From: Candidatus Velthaea sp.
GTDB taxonomy: Bacteria > Vulcanimicrobiota > Vulcanimicrobiia > Vulcanimicrobiales > Vulcanimicrobiaceae
Assembly: GCA_965214935.1 (NCBI GenBank)
Contig: CBDCCS010000022.1
Coordinates: forward strand, 672,001-736,000
Length of the DNA stretch: 64,000 bases
Direction: 5' to 3'
The notes under the pieces were generated by a model. The model saw nothing but the letters and a program-made list of their open reading frames with translations, had not been told where the DNA came from and did no database searches. Position numbers and translations under genes: made by a program. Numbering within the stretch: position 1 is the first letter of the stretch; every line of letters begins with the position of its first letter. Shown here piece by piece: positions 45,880 to 53,407 of this stretch.

Positions 45880-46208
45880 CGGTCGCGAGTTCTGCAGCGA
45901 AACGTTTGCCGGCGGTAATTGTTGAGCATTCTTGCGTCTTGCTAGCGCCGCATACAAGCAATCGTATACGGGATGATCGAGACGTTGCGCTAGCACGGCG
46001 GCATCGGCAGCGGAGGGTAAAGCCCAAGTACATAGTCGAGCGACGGTGCTCCTGATCGCGAGCGGACGCTTTTCCAACGTGCGTTCAGAAGTCCGGCAAC
46101 GATTAGTTGAGGTGCAAGGATGCTCGTTGCGTCTGCAATGATGTGATCGCCTCGTTCTAGCGTTGCCAACAAGATAAATGCCGAGCTTGCATCGATTACA
46201 ATCTTCAC
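45880..46208 (-). pseudogene. Frameshifted VapC/PIN toxin
   Basis: MKIVIDAS...LAP, then LDHPVYDCLYAALA in another frame. Confidence 0.75.
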
Positions 46209-47498
46209 CGCTCGTCACGGTCGTTGCGAATCGCTCGCAAGCCGGCGTTAACGTCAATGTTCGGATTGGAAATGTTGCGCAGCCAATTCATGAACGAACG
46301 CCCCCCTGGCTCGAGCCCTCGTTGCAACGCGTCAAGTGCTTCGGCTTGCACAGATCTACCATGCTCGCAAGCCTGCGCCCGTCACGACGTGTGTCGGAAG
46401 GTTTCGAAGAAGTGGTTGCGGCGCGGCGATCTACTCTCAGCATACCTAAATGAAACCGTGCTTGTCGCGGAACGCACGAGCCATATCGTCTTGTTCGCTG
46501 CGTTTCATACCGAGCGATGTAGCAGTGGCGCTCCATTGAGAAACGGATTGACCGAGCCGATCGATCAGCGGCTTTGCATGTGAGTCCGTAACGCGGAAAT
46601 ACGGTGCGACGGATCGTGCAAGATCGAGGTCGAGCGCATGATCGCTTTCATTTAATATTCAACGACAACCCGACCGAGCCGGGAACTGGATTCATATCAT
46701 ACGCGGGCGAAAGTCGTACCCGCGTTCTCCCCTGCGGCAGACGCGAACCCGGAAGAGACTTGCGTCTTGGTCCTTGGCGTTTGCACCAAACATGCGGTCG
46801 ATCGTACGTGAAGCTTACAGATATGCAAGTGTGTCGTTAAGATAGCTTCGAGGCTTGTTAACAAAAGCGGACCCCCGGTAACGGAAGCCCTCGTGCAAAT
46901 CTTCGCTTGACTAGACAGGCTATAATCGTCGCAAGATTCCTATCTTAACTTAACGAGTCTATTGCCTTCTAAAACGCTAGAACACTAGAACGGTTTTATG
47001 CAACAAAGCATGTTAAGAAGGGGTTGGTTGGGAAACGACACGAGCTTCCGACGCGCCATTTAGTGCGGCAATTGGGCCGGGAAGTCTGCAACGTTCCGCT
47101 TCCTGGCTGTAGCGGTCGCCGCAAAGACCCACCGACCGAAGTGGCGCATTTCCGCCAGGTGAGCCGTTTCTGTCGCCATTGGCGATCACTGGATTCATGC
47201 GCGACCACGTCCTTGCAAATCTGGGCTTCGAAAGGAATCCAGGCGGGCCGATCGATTCGCGCACCCTGAGCTGCTCCGCCAATACGAGCCCCTTTACGCC
47301 GCTCCCAACAGCGGCCGACGGCGTGCGGGACGAGCAGCTCGTATTTGGATTTTGAGCGGTCGTTTTGCGGCCTGGAAACCTTTACGGACAGGACCTTCCG
47401 CTTTAGTATCAAGGGGCCCCTTTCGTGCTAGCCTGCATCCTCCCTGGCCGGGGGTGAAACGCCCCCCGTCGAAGACCGGGCCGAGGACATTATCCGCG

Positions 47499-47927
47499 AT
47501 GCGCTGCTATTCGTCTCTCGCTTTCACCATGCTCGTTGTCGCGCTCACAAGCGCACGAATATGTGCAGCAGCTGAGACCTGCACGACGTCTTTTGCGAAG
47601 GCTGACTGGTCGAGCCAGTGGATTACTCATCCGTGCCATTGTTTCGATAAGATGCCGCGTGGAACGAAGATTTATCTTGTCGATCAATATCAGATCGTCG
47701 ACGGAAACAGCACGGCAGATTTGCCGCCGGAAACCGTTTTTTCGTGCGCTGCATCCGGGTTGACATACGCAGTCGCCGGATCGGCCCACCGCGAGCACGT
47801 TCCGGCGACGGCAAAAGTTACGTATGTGCGAGCCGCCGTCGAGATGGTCGTTACTTCACGCGAAGCACAGACTGAACTCGACCATCGACTTCGTAGCGGA
47901 AAGGCCGTTTTCGAGCGCCTTCGCTAA
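47499..47927 (+). CDS. Small secreted hypothetical protein
   Basis: Signal peptide; GAGGA RBS. Confidence 0.55.
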   Translation: MRCYSSLAFTMLVVALTSARICAAAETCTTSFAKADWSSQWITHPCHCFDKMPRGTKIYLVDQYQIVDGNSTADLPPETVFSCAASGLTYAVAGSAHREHVPATAKVTYVRAAVEMVVTSREAQTELDHRLRSGKAVFERLR

Positions 47928-48063
47928 CGGGCCGAGTCGACATAATACGTGATTGTTGGTCGCTACCTCGGGGCGCCCAAAAGGGACCCGTTTTGATGCA
48001 ACCGGGAGACCGATGCGTTCGCAAAAAGGGTCGTCCGTGAGACGATGCCAAAACGCCTCCACG

Positions 48064-48630
48064 ATGCCGCACCTTTATCACTTCTGCTCGAGGGAGTTCC
48101 GCGGTTCTGTTCTCTATCCGCTAAACGATTTGCGTGCAATTCATCCTGATCTCTATGCGCGCGAGAGGGGAAAATACTCCGGACGTGAGCGCGTTTTAGA
48201 CTTCATCGTGCCGCGAATCGGGGTGCGCTGGGCAGATACGGTGAATTTATCAGCACTCGACCCGCGCCGGCTCGTTGAGGAACGCCGCAGCTTAGGAGTG
48301 GCGTTCTCGAACTTCTTTTCACGCCGGCTGTTGCGCATTCCGATCGAACGTATCGCCGAGCTTCCTGCAACGCGGTACGTGGCGACAACGCATTGGCTCA
48401 ATAGTCGTCCGCACGATCCAAACGCCCCGACGGCTCCGCCCGAAACGGATTTTAGCGACTTCGATCCGCAGACGCACCAGGAAACCGCCGACGTCCCGCC
48501 ACTTCATCGGATATACTTGCAAGAACAGAAAGTCAACGACGCCGTTGCGCTTGGCTTTGTCTTCATTCCGCATGTGCTCGTCGCCGGGCCAATCGATGTG
48601 TCAGGCATCGAGCCGCTCGAACTGTCATGA
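48064..48630 (+). CDS. Hypothetical protein
   Basis: LYH...GSVLYPLN...KYSGRE...FIPHVLV.G.ID pattern; clean ORF. Confidence 0.65.
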   Translation: MPHLYHFCSREFRGSVLYPLNDLRAIHPDLYARERGKYSGRERVLDFIVPRIGVRWADTVNLSALDPRRLVEERRSLGVAFSNFFSRRLLRIPIERIAELPATRYVATTHWLNSRPHDPNAPTAPPETDFSDFDPQTHQETADVPPLHRIYLQEQKVNDAVALGFVFIPHVLVAGPIDVSGIEPLELS

Positions 48631-48739
48631 ACGCGAAGCGACACGTATCACGCGACCGGTGCCGGCGCACGGCTCGTTCGCAACGTCGGCTCAATGATGT
48701 GCAGCCGGCATTAACATCTTCTCGCCGTGCGGCCGGTGG

Positions 48740-49135
48740 TTGCTATCGCGCGCTGCCCAGCGCCGCCCGGATACCCGTTAGAACCGCAGCCGGTTGTTGC
48801 CGCTGCAAAAAATGGCCGCACTCCGGCAGGACGTGGAGCGCGTAGCTCCGCGGAAAAGCGCCTCTTTCCCAACCGCGCTGTGCGCCAACGTCGCGCCGTC
48901 GTCGCGCCCCATGAAGACGACGGTCGGCACGTCGATTGGCGGAACCCGATTGAGATGGGAGCAGCCGTAACCAAGGCCTCGACCATCCGTGGGTGTAGTT
49001 CATCGCTCGCGGTCAATTTAGCTCCGTCACCGATTCGGGCCAACGCCGCATCGATGGTCGGCATGTAGCCCTCGAGAAGATCTTGATCGGCCAAGCCACC
49101 GGAATAGATACGCAACGCGCGTTCCCACTGCGTTC
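48740..49135 (-). pseudogene. C-terminal remnant of an alpha/beta hydrolase, truncated at the island edge
   Basis: LHVLPECGHFLQRQQPAAV; frameshifted; 5' part missing where the repeat at 49164 begins. Confidence 0.55.
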
Positions 49136-49163
49136 GCTGAGTTGTGGATAGCTGCAGATTTCT

Positions 49164-49484
49164 GCTGCTTAGTCATCACGGACGGTAATCACAAAAGAAA
49201 GGGCCGAGCTTCGCTTGGCCTTTTTTCATCGGTCGAGCTTGCATTTAGTCAATGTGAAGTTCGCAAAGGCATAAATTGAAATCGGTCTGATTCAATGTGA
49301 AATGCAGCACGTCAAAATTAAGTCATCGTGGTCGCTTCTAATTGTGTTGAGCAAGAAAAAACCCCGCTGCTGCAGAGTTCTTTCACTTACCATTTCGACG
49401 TTTTGCGACGACTTTCACATTGAATCGTCTTTTCACACTGAATCCATGAATTCGACTATTCAGCGTGAGACAGCGCTAGAACGG
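49164..49484 (+). repeat. ~320-bp direct repeat, copy 1 (terminator plus array of 13-bp TTTCACAYTGAAT motifs)
   Basis: Colinear with 62377-62453 joined to 63674-63921. Confidence 0.9.
49192..49226. terminator. Intrinsic, probably bidirectional terminator
   Basis: A-rich flank, ggccgag-cttcg-cttggcc, T6. Confidence 0.75.
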
Positions 49485-49595
49485 CGTTGACTCACCCCGG
49501 ACGGCTAATTTCACACTGAATCAGTCGAAGGCCTCGATTTTCATATTGAATGGATAACCGAACGGGATTGGCAGTCTTGGCCACTGCCGGAGCTA

Positions 49596-49793
49596 TCACT
49601 CGGACTTATGTTCTTCTTCGCCCATCCCACTGCCCGGATCGTCAGGTCGGCTCATTATTTCCCGATGGCGAGCCAATGCCGATAGGTAACGCTCGCGGGC
49701 TTCTTCCGCAGAACTGGCGTGAACCGCCCAGCCATCCCCAGCAGCCGACCAACCGCTTTTTATCTTTCTCAGTATTGGTTTGGTCAATTCCAT
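49596..49793 (-). CDS. Small protein, HicB-like N-terminal fold suspected
   Basis: GWSAAGDGWAVHASSAEEARERY; divergent from the DUF5343-like gene. Confidence 0.5.
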   Translation of the reverse strand: MELTKPILRKIKSGWSAAGDGWAVHASSAEEARERYLSALARHREIMSRPDDPGSGMGEEEHKSE

Positions 49794-49934
49794 GGGACTA
49801 GCATAGCGTTGACCACCGACATCGAAAAAGTGCGGTATTAAAATAGTTTGAATAATATTTACCCGCTGACGCCCGTTGACGCGTTGATCATTCTCGTGAT
49901 ATCGTGGATCAAATTCTTATTCACGGAGATGAAC

Positions 49935-50693
49935 ATGTTATCGGACGAGCCGGATTTTATGGCCTACGGCCCGGGAAACCGGACGGTGGAGGTTGTACAG
50001 CGCATTCACGAAGGAAAGTCCCCCGCCATTCTAAGCCTGAAGGCGTTGGTTTCGCTTGGTGTGCCTGAAGGAAATGCACCCCGCGTCCAGCGCGCCATGC
50101 GTTTTTTAGGGTTAACAAATCCGGAACATGAACTAACTGAGAATGCCATTCGCCTTCGGAAAGCGGCCTCCGAAGAATATCAGACTATACTAGCTGAACT
50201 TTTGCGGAGCGCTTATGCTCCAATTTTTGAGAGCTATGATCCCGCCACGGCCACGGACATGGATTTGCATAATGCTTTCAAGCCGTACGATCCCGCTGGG
50301 CAACGTGGCCAAATGATCGCACTGTTTATGGCTCTCTGTCGGGAAGCCGGGCTGGCTTCTGAGGGCGCGGAGGTTAGACGACGGGGCCGACCAAGCTTAG
50401 GTACACGAATTCGGGAGTCGAACGGTCGCGTTAATGTAAAAAAAGCAACGATCAACAAGCCTGCCACACTGTTGGAATCCGAACGACCGGCTGACATACG
50501 TGTCAAAAAGCTGAATGATGACGAATCGGATGAAATTCTGTTCCACCCAGCGATTGATGCCTACCTGCGTGCGGCTCGTCGAATCATTGAGAGCGAAAAT
50601 TGGACAGCGGATGCACGCGCTCGCGTCATACAAGGCTTCGAGACACAGCTTGATCTTTTTCTCCCAATCATAGCAAAGGAGAAAACTGGCTGA
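49935..50693 (+). CDS. DUF5343-like protein
   Basis: AY..., P..LS...L..LG, MRFLGL, LAELLRSAYAPIF and FMALCREAGL pattern; GGAG RBS at 49925-49928. Confidence 0.7.
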   Translation: MLSDEPDFMAYGPGNRTVEVVQRIHEGKSPAILSLKALVSLGVPEGNAPRVQRAMRFLGLTNPEHELTENAIRLRKAASEEYQTILAELLRSAYAPIFESYDPATATDMDLHNAFKPYDPAGQRGQMIALFMALCREAGLASEGAEVRRRGRPSLGTRIRESNGRVNVKKATINKPATLLESERPADIRVKKLNDDESDEILFHPAIDAYLRAARRIIESENWTADARARVIQGFETQLDLFLPIIAKEKTG

Positions 50694-50734
50694 TATTGAT
50701 CTATCGGATTTGAAGTCGTATCGAAATTCAATAC

Positions 50735-50771
50735 AAAAAAACGACGTCTCCGGTGACTAGGCGGAGACGTC
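50735..50771 (-). terminator. 10-bp hairpin immediately upstream of the tRNA; minus-strand intrinsic terminator geometry
   Basis: A7, then gacgtctccg-N9-cggagacgtc. Confidence 0.6.
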
Positions 50772-50777
50772 TCGAAT

Positions 50778-50865
50778 GGAACGGTGGTCGAGAGGTTTAA
50801 GGCACTGAGTTGACGACTCAGCAGACTCCTACAGAGTTTCGAGGGTTCGAATCCCTCCCGTTCCG
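50778..50865 (+). tRNA. Class II tRNA with tRNA-Ser body and GAC (Val) anticodon; CCA not encoded
   Basis: Acceptor GGAACGG/CCGTTCC plus G73; D arm GTCG-AGAGGTTTA-AGGC; anticodon arm CTGAG-TTGACGA-CTCAG; V arm AGACTC-CTACA-GAGTTT; T arm GAGGG-TTCGAAT-CCCTC. Confidence 0.92.
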
Positions 50866-50964
50866 CATCATCCTACCTTGATATTAGTCGATTATCTCAA
50901 GCTACACAAGGCTTTTTCTCGCATGTTTTCGGCGTAAATCGTCTTCATTTACACGTCGTATTTG

Positions 50965-51243
50965 TTAAGCAGGAACTAGCATTTCTTCCCGCGAGACACT
51001 CCAACCGCGCCTAAGCTGCTCTTCCTGTTGCTCGACTGAGAAAACGGCTTCGATAACAAAGCCCTCTCTTACTACATTTCCAGCATCGTCACGCTCAACA
51101 TAGCGCTCAATTGCACGCATTCTCGCGCCCCGTACCCGCGCAGCAAAATCGTCGTTTTCCAAGGTCATCTCAGAAATGACATCGAGCATTCGCATCCCGT
51201 CTTCAGGGTACCGAATCGGTAATCGTTCTCTTTTTGTTGCCAT
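50965..51243 (-). CDS. Small hypothetical protein (possible antitoxin partner)
   Basis: Starts 3 bp after the preceding gene, with GAGGA RBS. Confidence 0.6.
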   Translation of the reverse strand: MATKRERLPIRYPEDGMRMLDVISEMTLENDDFAARVRGARMRAIERYVERDDAGNVVREGFVIEAVFSVEQQEEQLRRGWSVSREEMLVPA

Positions 51244-51246
51244 CTC

Positions 51247-51657
51247 TTAGTCCTCGTCTTCACTCCAGGGAGCGAGATTGTCTAGGTCGGCTCCTAGGGA
51301 AAGTATATATCCTCTAACGTCTACTGGGACCACAAGGTTTACCCACCGCCGCCAATTTGTCTTGATCTCGTCACGAGCGAATCTTATCCACTGGTTTGAG
51401 TCCAGATGCGACAGATCTGCCTTCTCTTGTCCTGAGTTCGGAAAACCAGGCGAGTGTCGGTGGAACTCCTGGCCATGAGAGTTGTCGTAGTGGAGGACGG
51501 TCAATCTCTGGCCGTCCACCTCGATCTCTAGACCAGCATACCCTCGGACTACGTTCCCGGCTACCTTCAAAAATCCCCATCGTACGTAGACCTGTGCCTG
51601 CCTCTCCTCATCTATATCGAACAGAAAAGCATTTTTCTCAAGGGGAGCTTCATGCAT
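51247..51657 (-). CDS. Small protein with YDNxHG...HRH motif (TumE/DUF6516-like putative toxin)
   Basis: VLHYDNSHGQEFHRH. Confidence 0.55.
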   Translation of the reverse strand: MHEAPLEKNAFLFDIDEERQAQVYVRWGFLKVAGNVVRGYAGLEIEVDGQRLTVLHYDNSHGQEFHRHSPGFPNSGQEKADLSHLDSNQWIRFARDEIKTNWRRWVNLVVPVDVRGYILSLGADLDNLAPWSEDED

Positions 51658-51827
51658 CCACCTATGTTATCAAGGGGACCAAAGTATTCAAGAGCCAGTT
51701 GCTCAGGATCAACAATTCTGTGTAAGCCCTCTGTCACTGAATAAAACACCTATATATTCAGCTTTTAGGCATGATCCTTTCGTCGTTTTACTCTTTAGTC
51801 GACTTCATTTGGCATTTGTTCCCATGC

Positions 51828-53159
51828 TCAGGCATACTGCAACATGAAAAGGCCACGTCTCCGAAGCTGCGCTTTCGTACGTGAACTGAGTTGCTGCATC
51901 GCCAAGTTGACATCCGTCCTCGGTCCCGGCCAGACCTCGATGTATGCCTCAATCAGCGCCGTCAACTCGTCTCGTGCCGGGAAAGCGTCGGCGATGGTTA
52001 CGACGCGCACGGAGAAGCCGGACTTACGCGGCCTATCTCCTTGAAGCACACCCTCGTCCTCCAAACGCTTCATCGCCTTCTTCACGTTTTCTCGGTGGTG
52101 GCCGGTCGCGACTTTCACGCAGAGCGCCTCGAACGTCCAACCGAAAACGCCTAACGAGAGCAGGATGCTGGTGGGGATAGAGCTTCCGAAAAGCACGTGC
52201 CGGTCGCCGTGCCAGAGTCCACCCTCCGGCATCTCCGGAGTTCCGAATTGCGCTATGCCCGGTGCGGGCGGGTAGACTTCGGCCAGTTTCCGCAAAAGAC
52301 GGAGAAGGGGAGGGTGTAACGGATAATCCACGTCGAGCGCACACGCCGTTCCATCGGGTGTTTCCCATGTTCGGACGATGCCGCCACGTCCAAAGGGCGC
52401 ATCGTCGAAGCGTTCTTTCCGGAGATGGTTCACGCCGGTCAGTTTCCGGAGATCTCGCAGCATCATCGGACCATGAACGGCGAGTGCTATGAAGTTCCGC
52501 AGGCGTATATCCGTTCCGAATAAGAGAGGCGCTCCGTCCTCGGCGTGCTGGTTCGCCCAGGTTCGCTTGCCGGTAGCGTTTGATTCAACGAGTCGCGGAT
52601 CGTCAACGATGTCCGCGAGCCGTAAGACAAGCGTCTTAAATGACGCCGGAACGGCGGGAGAAAGTTCATATCCTCCGCCCTCCCCTTTTACGAGAACCCC
52701 GTCTTCAACGAAGTGTGCAAGGTCTGCCATGATGCGTTCCGGCCAATGATACGGCATTCGTCGCTTAAGCGTTTCCTCGTCAAGTGGTTCGTCTGCAGAC
52801 ATTATGGTGAAGAGGATGTGGAATGAGACCGGACCTCGATGAGCGAGCGGTTTATCATTGTGGATGATTCCATTTGATTTGCCGGAGAAATCATCAATCG
52901 GATGCCCGAGTAAATCTTGCAGAACGGCCCGTAGTTCTTGTGCGGCTGGATAGCTTGGGCTAAGAAAAGCTACCTTCGGTGTTTCGTCCCGGAAGGTACA
53001 GATGCCAGCGTTTGCGAGTCGGGCGAGTTTCGAGCGGTTCTTGTTGGTGACGTTTACGTGCCCGACTTCGGCAATTTCCCGCAGTAGCTCCTGAACCTGC
53101 GCGGAGCCAAACAGTGTCGGTACACGCCTGTCACTACCGGCGCTCACGTCCTCAGCCAC
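51828..53159 (-). CDS. Hypothetical protein with tandem winged-helix-like repeats
   Basis: Repeated LFGS/LFGT... (Y/F/V)P...L..L units; divergent from hsdM. Confidence 0.65.
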   Translation of the reverse strand: MAEDVSAGSDRRVPTLFGSAQVQELLREIAEVGHVNVTNKNRSKLARLANAGICTFRDETPKVAFLSPSYPAAQELRAVLQDLLGHPIDDFSGKSNGIIHNDKPLAHRGPVSFHILFTIMSADEPLDEETLKRRMPYHWPERIMADLAHFVEDGVLVKGEGGGYELSPAVPASFKTLVLRLADIVDDPRLVESNATGKRTWANQHAEDGAPLLFGTDIRLRNFIALAVHGPMMLRDLRKLTGVNHLRKERFDDAPFGRGGIVRTWETPDGTACALDVDYPLHPPLLRLLRKLAEVYPPAPGIAQFGTPEMPEGGLWHGDRHVLFGSSIPTSILLSLGVFGWTFEALCVKVATGHHRENVKKAMKRLEDEGVLQGDRPRKSGFSVRVVTIADAFPARDELTALIEAYIEVWPGPRTDVNLAMQQLSSRTKAQLRRRGLFMLQYA

Positions 53160-53407
53160 TCGCTAACCAACTAAGTAAAATGAGTCCCGCCACCTGTCAG
53201 GATGATCGTAGAATCTACATACATCAACGGGACGCGACCAAAGCGACGGGATCTTCCCATCGTGTTTCGGTAGTCACCTTCAGCTTGCCAACGGAATACT
53301 ATATGGTGTATCTTGCAAGGAAACCCTGCCGTGATAGCCTGCCCGACCCGGTTGGTTGATCTCTCTCTGTAAAAAGCCCGCGCGCCTAAGGAATTGAAGC
53401 TGTAACA

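Noticed and set aside
46907..46926. TTGACT...TATAAT sigma70 promoter
   Set aside because: The hexamers are only 8 bp apart.
49248..49551. Repeated 13-bp motifs as a CRISPR array
   Set aside because: Too short, mixed orientation, irregular spacing and no cas genes.
50805..50821. Reading the tRNA as ordinary tRNA-Ser(UGA) or (CGA)
   Set aside because: TGA occupies loop positions 33-35 and CGA 36-38. With the perfect 5-bp stem, only GAC is centred.
50778..50865. tRNA as the integration (att) site of the island, or as tRNA-Sec
   Set aside because: No duplicated 3' end or intact integrase was seen in the window, and the tRNA lies inside the repeat-bounded unit. The 7/5 fold and non-UCA anticodon exclude Sec.
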